A stretch of DNA of 64,000 bases from Elsinoe ampelina (Eukaryota), in assembly GCA_010093995.1 (NCBI GenBank), contig ML992503.1, positions 1,293,234 to 1,357,233 of the forward strand, written 5' to 3'. The position numbers and the translations under genes were made by a program. Below the pieces are notes generated by a model, which saw only the letters and a list, made by a program, of their open reading frames with translations, was not told the DNA's origin and ran no database searches. Shown here piece after piece: positions 52,620 to 63,441 of this stretch (position 1 is the first letter of the stretch; the number at the start of each line of letters is the position of its first letter).

Positions 52620-53400
52620 GCAGGGACCATCAGACCCCCCCCTGGCTCAAGATGGGATGCCAGCCCCGTCGGGCCCAGTCCGTCCATCAGCTCAGGCATG
52701 AATTCGTCATCACGGGTATGCTTTGGATCTGTGTACGGCGATCACCGCGTCATCCTGGTTCGATACTACATGGTTTGATTCACACTTTTGGTGACGGAAG
52801 TCTTTTTGCGAAACAGCCAGCGCGAGCCGGCCGGGGCTCAAGGCAGCGATTCCGCCCGTCGGAGGTGCTGCAGTATGTCCCCGGTAGGCTTGCGCTGGCT
52901 GTGGCCTCTGGTGAGGAGGTGGGAGGGCGGGCGGCGTTGCAGGCGAAGAGCGGGACCATGCTGTAGCTGGCTGGGTGGGAGGGGCCGATCGACCCGTACC
53001 ATGGCGGGCGCTGGCGGGGTGAGGGGGTGATGATGGCCTGGCGGGTGTACGTTCGTCCATGGCAGGGCCCGGTGGTGGTGGGATGAGGTCCGTTCGTCGC
53101 CAGCGCTGCGCCATGGGAGGGTGGACCGATCCTCCTCCTACCGCAGCCGGCTGCGTGGTGATCCTGCTGTTCGACTGCGATTAGCTACTCGCAAAGAGAG
53201 AGGGCTAGCTGCCACGAGAACGCCTCGAGACGGAGAATCAGTACGTCCACGCAGATTCTTTGTCGCTGCCGCGGACCATAGGATTGCTCGTCTCGTGGCG
53301 TCGTCGAGGCTGAGATATTGTTTGAAGCAGGGACCTCAGACCTCGTCCGCGCTTGTGATGGGATGCCGCCTCGTCAGGCTCAGTCCGTCCATCGCTGCGG
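52620..53400 (+). repeat. Pair of diverged ~75-bp direct repeats (52620-52696 and 53327-53400)
   Basis: gcagggacc(a)tcagacc...gatgggatgcc(a)gccYcgtcRggcYcagtccgtccatc occurs twice about 707 bp apart. Confidence 0.75.
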
Positions 53401-53570
53401 TGCTGGGGGTGTTCATCATTGGTTTGCTTGGGCCCAAAGGATCAATCGTGTTTCAACGAGACCGTGTTTCCTTGTTATGACTATTGTAACTGGCTTGGCT
53501 CCCCGTGTTGGGATTACCACTGTGGTGATAATCGGAATGAGGGAGGCAGATGGGAGGGCATGGGGTATAT

Positions 53571-54033
53571 TGTCACGAACCGTCCAAACACAGCCCACGC
53601 TAGTGGTCTGAGCTAAGCCGAGAACGAGGTAGTTCTGCTTCTATAGCAGTATAGCACTAAGGTAAGAGTCGGAGAAGGTATGTCTTGCAGATAATAAAGT
53701 ACGATTAGATAGTATTGCAAAGGCTAGCCTTAGCAATACTAGTGTTTGCTATCTAGACAAGGTTAACTATAGTACTTATATAAGGTAAGGACTGCTCCTA
53801 TATACATGTGTTCTTTACTATGTACTCTATGTGCTCTATATACTCCGTGGCAAGAGTCGGAGGCAACATAGAGTATATATCCGCTAGTAACCTATATACT
53901 CTATAGTCCCTAGAGTAGAGCTACTAGAGAAGATAGAGAACTAGGTAAATGTTAGGCTAGGTCACGTAATAACCCTAGTAGTTTAATTAGTCCTAGCGTC
54001 CCTACGCTTTAGCTGTCCTACTAGTTTGTAATA
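53571..54033 (-). repeat. 3' LTR (463 bp)
   Basis: Colinear with 60065-60527, differing by C/T and G/A transitions; adjacent to the PPT (minus strand AAGGGAGGAGAG). Confidence 0.93.
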
Positions 54034-54107
54034 TTACTCTCCTCCCTTAATTAAGTTATTCTAACAAGTAAGTATCCTTTCTTGTCCTTATGCGCTATAT
54101 ACTAAAT

Positions 54108-54656
54108 ATGCCTCCTAGTTGTCGAAGGCATAGTAAATCTAGTATATCTATACGAAAGAACCTCTTAAAGTTTATTAAATTGTTTAGAACTAACATACTA
54201 TAAGCTTGCTCTTGTTATAAGTTAAAAGAGTTAGACTATAAAGTCTATATTCGGTTAGGTATTTATAGCTAGTGTATCGTAAGTAACTACTTAGGTTATA
54301 ATATTTAGGTAATAAAATTAGAATAGTAGCGTCTCTAGTCTAAGTATATTTATTTGTAAAAGGAATTAGTTATAGCTAAGGCTACTAGAAAGAAAGCTAA
54401 AGAAGCTTATAAAAAGGCAAAAGAGACTTATTAAAAAGCTATAGGCAATAAGCTTTACCTATATAAAGAGATATAAAAGTTAAAGGACAAGGTAGAGGAA
54501 GTAATCTCTCTAGAAGAGACTCGTATTTAAGTCCTAGAGTAGGAGGAAATACTATTATTAGTGAATCCTGTCCTACTATAAGACTAGTAATTATTTATGC
54601 TTAACTCTAATTAGAGTTCCTTACTTAGCAACGATTAAGGTACTTCTATTAGTTAA
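54108..54656 (+). pseudogene. RIP-mutated antisense accessory ORF of the retrotransposon: Zn(II)2Cys6-like cluster plus coiled coil
   Basis: One frame from ATG 54108; Cys or TAT(from TGT) codons at 54207, 54216, 54237, 54264, 54273, 54297 give C-x2-C-x6-C-x8-C-x2-C-x7-C; all internal stops are TAA/TAG; K/E/A-rich helix follows. End point uncertain. Confidence 0.7.
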
Positions 54657-57600
54657 GTAATCTTCCTTAGGCGTCCTTGTTTTTGTTTAGTATTTAGAGT
54701 GCTAGGTCTATCTAGTTAGTTTACTTAGGATAGGTTCTTAATCTAGTAATCTAAGATTACTTACAAGGTAAGGTACTTCTCTAGTTTCTATATTACTTCG
54801 CTATACTAATGTCCCTTCTAGTAAATAAGATAGTAGCGTTTTTCTTTTATAAGTTTATAACGTAAAACTCTTTCGATCTTATACTATAGCTTCTATATTT
54901 CTTTATCTAGTTCGATAGGTCCGGGTATAGTATTCTATAGTACTTTCTCTAGTAGAGATATATAAAAGACTAGATAAATCCTTATATGTCTTAGTAGTTC
55001 TAGTTTGTATACGTTCTTGTTTTTCTTTTCTAGGATCTTAAAGAGTCCTAGCTTAGTATAGTTAAGTTTCTTACTTAGTTACTTTGTTTTAATATTTTTA
55101 CTAAGGAGGTAAACTTTCTCTCTCTCCTATAGAATTAGTTCTATAATTCTCTTCTAGTTAGCAAACTCTACTATTCTCTATAATATAAATACTATATCGT
55201 AGTATAGCTAGTTATATAGTTTCTTAATGTTAGCTACTAGTATATTAGCGTCCTTAGATATTAGCTTAATTCTAAGTGTATTATAGTATAGATCTAGGTA
55301 TATTCTATAGTTTATATAGAATAGTAAAATTCTATTTACTAACTTTCTATTATTAATAGCGAGCTCTACGAGTAGTAATAGTATCGCCTATAAGTCTTAC
55401 TTATAGTTTAGATAGTATTGTAGGTACTACTCTAGTACTTAATTTGCCCGTTTAGTTTGTCTATCTATCTATAGATAAAAGGAGGTTAATAGCTTATGTT
55501 TAACTCCTATTAGATCCATAAATAATTACTAGAATTATGATGTAAATAGCTTATCCCTATTAGTTATTAAGTCTCGTAGTACTCTATGTTATAAAACAAT
55601 TGTTCGGAGAAAGGTAAAGGCTATATCCTCGGTAGTTACTATTGTCTTATATAGTACAAAGTAGTAATACTTTATAAATCTATCTATTAGGACTAGAATA
55701 CTATTATACTTTACACCTATAAGAGGTTCTTCTAATAGTAGTAAAGGTTCTATAAAGTCTATTATAACCGATTACTATAGTTTATCTAGTAGTAGTAAGA
55801 GTTATAATAGGCTATATAGCTTATATTATAAGTACTTAGACTTGTAGCATATATTGTATGTAGTAATATATGTCTTAATATTGTTTCGAAGTCCTTTCTA
55901 TAGGTAGTTTTGTGTAATAAGTTTAATAGTCTTATTAATCCCGCTATGCCCTACTATTAGGTTATTATAGTGCATTTAAATAACTTCTTTCTTCTATTCT
56001 TATATAAGCTTCTAGGTAAGGCTATATAACTACTCTACCTTCGGGTACTTATAGACTAGAGCGCTGTCTTACTACTTTAGTATAGAGGCCTCTATTATTG
56101 TTATATTCTTTAAGTAATCTAGTTATCGGCTAAGAGCGTCTACTCTACTGTTCTCTAATCCCTTAATATAGTAGATCTAAAAGTTGTAGCTTATAAGTGT
56201 TTCTAACTATCGAATCTATTGTCTATTAAGAACCTTAGTTATTGTCTAATATAATAGGTTCTTATAGTTAGTGTAGACTTACATAGGTAAAGTTGTTCCT
56301 TCTAGGTATACTCTCTATTCGTAGAATGCCTCTATAATCGTAAGTAACTCTTTGTCGTATATATCGTAGTTAAGTTTAGGTCTAGTTATTTTTTATAAGT
56401 AATATACAATTAGGTAGCGTTATTCTTCTACGTTCTTCTACGCTAGATACGCTTCTATTATAAAGTCTAAGGCATCTATTTCTAGTAGTGCTTATTAGTC
56501 TAGGTCGAAGAGTACTAGGATAGGTACTATTATAAGTCTAAGCTTTAGCTCCTTAAAGGCTTACTTATATTTCTTATTAAAGACAAATCTAGTTTCTTTC
56601 TTTATAAGGTTAGATATTAGCGTAGCTACCTTAGAGAATCCTTTAACAAACTTATAATAGTAGTTAAAGAACTCTAGTAGCGCTTAAACCTCCTTAACTA
56701 TAGTAGGTTCTAGCTAGTTATTTACTAACTCGATCTTTTTTAAGTCGGGTCTAATGCTATTAGTAGATATAACATAGCTTAGAAATTGTATCTTATGTTT
56801 ATAAAACTTATACTTAAAGAGCTTTACTAGTAAGTCTTTTTCTTTTAGTTTCTATAGTACTTTATAAATATGTCCTACGTGTTTATTATATATCTTTAAG
56901 AAAATAACAATATTGTCTAAATATACTAAGATAAAGTTATTAAGGTATTCTTATAGAGTATTATTAATTAACTCTTAGAAGGTTATAGGAGCGTTAGTTA
57001 ACCTAAAGGGTATAACGAGGTACTTATATAGACTCTATTACGTCCTAAAAGCCGTCTTTTACTCCTTGCTCTCCTTTATTTATACTTAATAATAGACATT
57101 CCTAATGTTAATTATAGTAAACTATTTAGCTCTAAGTAGTCGGTCTTAAAGTTTATTAATCCTTAGTAGGGGATAGTAATTCTTCCTAGTAAGTGTATTA
57201 AGTTTCTAGTAATTAATATATATTTATAATGTCTTATCCTTTTTAGGTATAAAAAGTACTCCGTGCGTAATAGGTAATTTTAATAGTCGTATAAATCCTT
57301 TAAGTAAGTACTTATCGATGTAGTTCTTAAGGATATTCTTCTCTTGTTTTAATAGTAGTATAAGACCTTAATAGTGTATTAGGGATTTACTCTCTTTAAA
57401 GAGTATTTTATAATTCTATAGTTTATATTAGAGTAAGGCTACGATACCTTCCCTTTCTTTAAACAAGTCCTTAAAGTCTTTATATTCTAGCGGAAGTGCT
57501 TAATTACTTACGCTAGCGATAGCTCTAACTATTAGTCGTATCTATATTGTCCTTATAGTTAGTATCTGCGGAGCTAATTATACTCTCTATGTTCTATAAT

Positions 57601-58023
57601 TACACTTAGGGAATTCGAGTGTTTCTTTAATCTAGTCTATGTCTAGATTGTATTATTAAAGCTAGTCTATACTAAGTACTATATTGTACTATATGTCTAC
57701 TATATCGATTAATCGTTTTTCTATATATGTTTTAATTTTAATTATAACGTTTTATAGTTCCTAAGTAACTTTCCTATCCTTCCCTATAGAGGTTCTATCC
57801 GCTATAGTAAGTAGGTAAGGTAACTCCTTCTAGTGTTAATAAGGTTTAAGCTAATTAGTAACTATTATAGAGACGTAGCTATAGTTAGCTCCTAAATCTA
57901 TTATTGCTCTTACCTTACTCTCTTATATTTCGACTTCTAGTATAAAGTAGTTTAACGTGTAGCTCTTTATTATATTAAGGCTTTAGCTAGTGTTATTATT
58001 CTACCTTATTAGGCAATAACTAG
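54653..58023 (-). pseudogene. RIP-degenerate pol (protease, RT, RNase H, integrase, chromodomain)
   Basis: AIIDLGA (~57890-57910), KNYYPLLRI (~57160-57185), KTAFRT (~57041-57059), VYLDNI (~56909-56926), NYDIYDKELLTII (~56340-56372), GLFKI..YKLEL..IYLVFYISLLE (~54950-55050), YKIERVL..YYLIY*KGH (54767-54883). Confidence 0.9.
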
Positions 58024-60064
58024 CTAGTTTTTTGTTATTATAGCTCCTTAGATAAGTAGCTAATCCCTTCCTACACGTATCTACTATTAGTACTATATCT
58101 ATTAGGCAAGTTGTATTTTGTCGCTATTTGACATAGTAAGGTAAAATTCTAGCGCCTAAGTCCCTTAGTAACTATAAAGTCTAATAATTCTCTACTAGTT
58201 ACACTAAGTAGTATTATACACCTATATTAGTATAACTATTTCTTCTAGGTATAGCTAGGCGTTAGTATTAAAGACAAAAACAAGTTATATAGATTTATCT
58301 TATTATGTCCTATTCTAGTAGTAGGTGTATATTATTATATAATTCCTCTATATCCCTGTAAGGTATGCTTTAAGTCGTCTACCTAGTAGTAGTACGTCGT
58401 TGTTGTTGTTATTATTATTAGATAAGTTCTTATCTATGTTATTACATTATAGTTGTTTAGTGTATTCTTCGTTATATTTCTCTTCGTCGCTACTACCTCT
58501 AGCATAGTTATAGTTAGTAAGGCTATACTAAGTATATTCTCTTACTTAGCTATAGGGGATAGTACTACCTATTTTAATTACTAAGAAGTCTATAGTGTAT
58601 TTAAGACTAATAGCCTCTTCTCTAAGTATATTATGTAAGTAGATAGTATAGTACTATTTGTAATTTAGATTTATATATTTCTAAAGCGATATATAATATA
58701 CCTTTCCTTATAGTTTGCTATAAGAGCTAAAGGTAAGGCTACTATATTATTATATAGCGCTTATGTCCTAATACTTCGTCTTAATAATCGTATATTAGTA
58801 ATTGTCGCTAACTACCTTCTAAGGTTAGTTACTATTACTACTAATTATAGAGAGCTCTTCTAGGTCAAGTTTCTAGTCTAGCTATTTCGTTAGTTGCCTA
58901 CGCTTAGACGGCTTATATAGGAACTAACTAGATCCCTACTTGTCTAATAAGTAAATATAACAAGAGTTATTATAATATACTATCTATAATAGCATTACGT
59001 ATTAGCTTTGTTATTTACTATTAGTTATAGAGATATTAAGTATAACATCTAAAGAGGATTCTACTACCTCTCGAGTTATTATAGACTTCTTCTATATTTC
59101 CTTACCTACGCTAAAGGTTATTAGGTCTTCTATAGTAGTATTAGCCTTTTTCTCTACTAGCCTAGTAACTATTNNNNNNNNNNNNNNNNNNNNNNNNNNN
59201 NNNNNNNNNNNNNNNNNNNNNNNNNNNNNNNNNNNNNNNNNNNNNNNNNNNNNNNNNNNNNNNNNNNNNNNNNNNNNNNNNNNNNNNNNNNNNNNNNNNN
59301 NNNNNNNNNNNNNNNNNNNNNNNNNNNNNNNNNNNNNNNNNNNNNNNNNNNNNNNNNNNNNNNNNNNNNNNNNNNNNNNNNNNNNNNNNNNNNNNNNNNN
59401 NNNNNNNNNNNNNNNNNNNNNNNNNNNNNNNNNNNNNNNNNNNNNNNNNNNNNNNNNNNNNNNNNNNNNNNNNNNNNNNNNNNNNNNNNNNNNNNNNNNN
59501 NNNNNNNNNNNNNNNNNNNNNNNNNNNNNNNNNNNNNNNNNNNNNNNNNNNNNNNNNNNNNNNNNNNNNNNNNNNNNNNNNNNNNNNNNNNNNNNNNNNN
59601 NNNNNNNNNNNNNNNNNNNNNNNNNNNNNNNNNNNNNNNNNNNNNNNNNNNNNNNNNNNNNNNNNNNNNNNNNNNNNNNNNNNNNNNNNNNNNNNNNNNN
59701 NNNNNNNNNNNNNNNNNNNNNNNNNNNNNNNNNNNNNNNNNNNNNNNNNNNNNNNNNNNNNNNNNNNNNNNNNNNNNNNNNNNNNNNNNNNNNNNNNNNN
59801 NNNNNNNNNNNNNNNNNNNNNNNNNNNNNNNNNNNNNNNNNNNNNNNNNNNNNNNNNNNNNNNNNNNNNNNNNNNNNNNNNNNNNNNNNNNNNNNNNNNN
59901 NNNNNNNNNNNNNNNNNNNNNNNNNNNNNNNNNNNNNNNNNNNNNNNNNNNNNNNNNNNNNNNNNNNNNNNNNNNNNNNNNNNNNNNNNNNNNNNNNNGT
60001 AACTTAGAGCAAGAGTTACTTATTAACCTTATAGCGTGCTATACTATAGTAAGAGTAGTTAAAA
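58024..60064 (-). pseudogene. gag region and leader (RIP-degenerate, interrupted by assembly gap)
   Basis: Lies between the 5' LTR and protease; ends in AAAAAAC-TAG (58033-58024); no clear gag motif could be read. Confidence 0.55.
59174..59998. other. Assembly gap (825 N) inside the retrotransposon
   Basis: Run of N. Confidence 1.
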
Positions 60065-60527
60065 TGTTATAAACTATCTAAATATAGCCTATGCTAGTAG
60101 TCTAAGCTAAGCTAAGAACGAGGTAGTTCTACTTCTATAGTAGTATAGCACTAAGGTAAGAGTTAGAGAAGGTATGTCTTATAGATAATAAAGTACAATT
60201 AGATAGTATTATAAAGGCTAGCCTTAGTAATACTAGTGTTTACTATCTAGACAAGGTTAACTATAGTACTTACATAAGGTAAGGACTACTCCTATATATA
60301 TGTGTTCTTCACTACGTACTCTATGTGCTCTATGTGCTCCGTGGCGAGAGTCGGGGGCAATATAGAGTACACGTCCGCTAGTAACCTACGTGCTCTGTGG
60401 TCCCCGGGGCAGAGCCGCTAGAGAAGACAGAGAACCGGGTAAACGTCGGGCCAGGTCACGTGATAACCCTGGCAGTTTGATTGGTCCTGGCGTCCCCGCG
60501 CTTCAGCTGTCCTGCTGGTTCGTAACA
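60065..60527 (-). repeat. 5' LTR (463 bp)
   Basis: Matches 53571-54033; ends GGTTCGTAACA followed by the TATAT TSD. Confidence 0.93.
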
Positions 60528-60758
60528 TATATATACGGTGGTCTTTTGCTTTGTGGGACTGCATGAGTCAAAATCATACTTTGCTTTCCGTAAACTATAC
60601 TTTCTCCTTCTCGCCTCGATACTCCACTATCCGAAAGAAGATGCCCTGTCCTACAAGCGTAGTATGCCCGTACGTGATCCTGAATGTTGTACCCGCTATG
60701 CTTTATAACAGCCACTTGCGCAGTGGCGCTGCATGCCACATTCGACCGACCTCCAACC

Positions 60759-62817
60759 TCAGGACAACTCGCCACTCTTGTAGCTGTCGGCAAGAGCAAG
60801 GAACTTCTTCGCATCCATTCCGCGGAACCCGAAAATATCAGGCAGGGGTGTATCGCTATGGCTCTGGAAGAGTAGAGCTCTTTTACCGAGAGTTTCTCCA
60901 ACTATTGGGACCAGATCTTGGAGAGCTTGATTAGGACCATCCGTCCACATGTACCCTTTGACATTTTTGATCTCGATTCCGTCATCGGTCACGATGCATT
61001 GCTGCTGAGACAAGTCCCTGAAGATTCTAGCTGCGTCTTCGCAAGCCACCCTTGTCTCCCTGTCGGTCTTGGTAAGTATCATCTTGAGAATTTCGATGGG
61101 CAGGTTAGGAGATGTGGCAGGCTTAAGTCTGGACGAAAATTAATATTCCTCAGATGAATCGAGGCATTTGTTTACCTGTCGCGCATAGCAGTCTCGAACA
61201 GATGAGCGAGCGCCGCGAATGCATCTACAGATCTGTTCACTGTGATCTCCTCAGTGGTGCTGCGGACATCGAAGCCCGGTGCGGGATGATGATAGTCGTC
61301 CTGGTCGATGTCTGGATCGTTACAGTTGACAAGGCGATCGAGCTCTTGCGAGAGGACAAGCACATCCGAGTGCTCTACCTTTTGTCCTCCCTGAGAGACC
61401 CTGACGAGTACGACGTGAGACATGGAGATGAGTATCCCGTGAAAGGTCGACCGCCCTGTCTTACTACCCTCCGCGACAATTTTGGCTATTCCAGCCTTCG
61501 CCACGTCGGAATGACAAATGTTGTTGAGCGGCAATACTAAGACTGCTCGGAACCAGTAGAAGTCATCTTTTGGAGCATGGCGATTCGTCTTTCCTGGCAG
61601 GTGATATCTGGACCCGAAGAGAGGCATCACCTCAATCTCGACACGACCTTGGTTGAGCGTGGCTTGACGCTGCCAATCACGATGGCCGAGTTCATCATCA
61701 ATGTTGCGCTTCGTGAGTATGACGTTGTTTGGGAATCCGATGACCAATTGGAGGGTAAGCCAGACCACCTCTCGGAAGGACAAGTCCTGCTCATGGCTGA
61801 GGTGGACAGTGTTGCGGAAATCATGCTTGTGCTTGACCCACGACTGGTATAGACGGCTGCAGACCACAACGGACAGCTGGCGCCCTTGTGGGAGAGCAGT
61901 AAGGGTCTTGGGCGAGACTCTGACTGGCTTTGACTCATCATACCAGGAAATGAGACTTCCCAGTGGCGGACGCGCCCTGCGCATGCCCTCAGTTCCATCG
62001 GAAGTCCTTGTCCAGGCCATCATCTCAGCGAAACGGTTAGCGGCGAAGAACAATTTCCCTTCTGGATCCATCGTCTGATCTCTTGTTTCCAAGCTCACAC
62101 TTGCTGATACTTCTTTGCCGGTTTTAGTAGGTTTATCCGCAACAATATCACCATCACCCCTATGAGATACCTCCACAATTGGCGCGACGTCAACACTGCA
62201 TGCAGCAGCATCTTCAATGCGTAAGCCTCTCCTGTCAGGTCGAACGACCGGGACCTCGTGCTGACTCGTGAGAACATGGGAAAGTGCTTCGAATAAAACC
62301 TTGGGCATATTGGCGAGAGTGGCTGAGTATAGTCCGCTGGTCCCGTTGTCGAGCCAAAAGAGGCCATTGTCCAAATCGATGGTAATGCTTCGTTCTGGTG
62401 AATGCCCATCGTTGAAAGGCAAACAGACCGGCCACACCCGCGGCTCGGTCCACAACTTGTTTGTTTTGTGCCATGGGGCAATATGAGTTTCGACACCTCT
62501 GCTGAGGACCTGATCTGGCGTGATTGTGTAGTGTGCCGTAAGCGTAGAGTCCAACATCTCGATTTCCTTGCGTTGTACTTTGCACCAATTTTCGATCTCG
62601 GTGGGGCTAAGGTCAGCCTCCAAGTTCGGTACTTGCTCCTCAGTATCATATCGCCATTTGGTGTTGATGCTGTATGAAAACCCTTCAGACATTAGTTGCG
62701 CTCTTGCCTTTACAGCACGTGGATACCTTTGTGACGGTAGGTGACAAGAACACGTTCTCTCGTGACGATGAAGCCGCTTGCACCGCCCCGCGGGCCAGAT
62801 GTGGTGACTCGATCCAT
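60759..62817 (-). CDS. Fungal-specific protein with C-terminal F-box-like motif; probable introns 62683-62726 and 61129-61175
   Basis: ORF 61172-62692 joins ORF 60759-61082 through GTAAAC..CAG giving NLPIEILKMILTKTDRETRVACEDAARIFRDL; upstream exon from ATG 62817 joins in frame. Confidence 0.7.
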
Positions 62818-63014
62818 GTCGTAAGCCAGATTGAATGTATTTGAGATCGACGATCGAAGTTTCGACAGTGATAGATGTTATTTGGATCAGTTTCTGCAGT
62901 GCTCCACAGTGGGCTGTGCAGTTGTTACGAGTGGATGATAAGTGGCGACTCCTTACGGTGGTGCGAGGTTGTGAAAAATTCTAGGTGAGGTTGATATGAC
63001 AAGGTGAGGGCTCG

Positions 63015-63410
63015 GGAGGTAAGTGAGATATGTATTGAAGGCTTGTCATCATACGCCTTAATCACATGCCTGGTGAGCTAAGCACCAACTCCAACCGGCA
63101 AAGCGGCTAAAAGGTTTTTGTTCAGCCTAGTCAAGTTGAAGATGATGTGAGAAAGTGAAGTATCCAGGAGGTGAGAGAGATATGTATTGATGGCCTTTCA
63201 TCACGCGCCTGGAGTGAGCTTCCAGCTGGAACCAACAAAGTGGCAAAAAAGCTCTTGTTCACCTTGATCTAGTTGGAGACAACAAGTAAGAGTGAAGTCT
63301 TCAGGAGGTGAGAGGTATGTATCGAAGGCTGTCACCACATGCCTGAAGTGAGCTACCAGCTCGGTCGGACCAGCAAAATGGCAAAAAAGCTCTTATTCAC
63401 CTTAACAACT
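63015..63410 (+). repeat. Three diverged tandem units of ~140-150 bp (starts 63015, 63167, 63304)
   Basis: Each has ggaggtRag..tatgtatYga.ggc..tca.ca..gcc..gtgagct..caaa.Yggc.aaaa.g.t.tt.ttca.c.t. Confidence 0.8.
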
Positions 63411-63441
63411 AGACCGGTGTACCAGGGCTTCTCAACTCATT

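Larger units (their letters stand above)
53571..60527 (-). mobile_element. Full-length chromoviral Ty3/Gypsy LTR retrotransposon inactivated by RIP
   Basis: Two 463-bp LTRs, TGTCACGAACC/GGTTCGTAACA termini, TATAT TSD (53566-53570 and 60528-60532), polypurine tract 54034-54050, PR-RT-RH-IN-chromodomain relics, strong TpA enrichment. Confidence 0.95.

Noticed and set aside
52710..53480. ORFs 52710-53114 (-) and 53121-53480 (+) as genes
   Set aside because: Pro/Arg-rich low-information translations without domain evidence.
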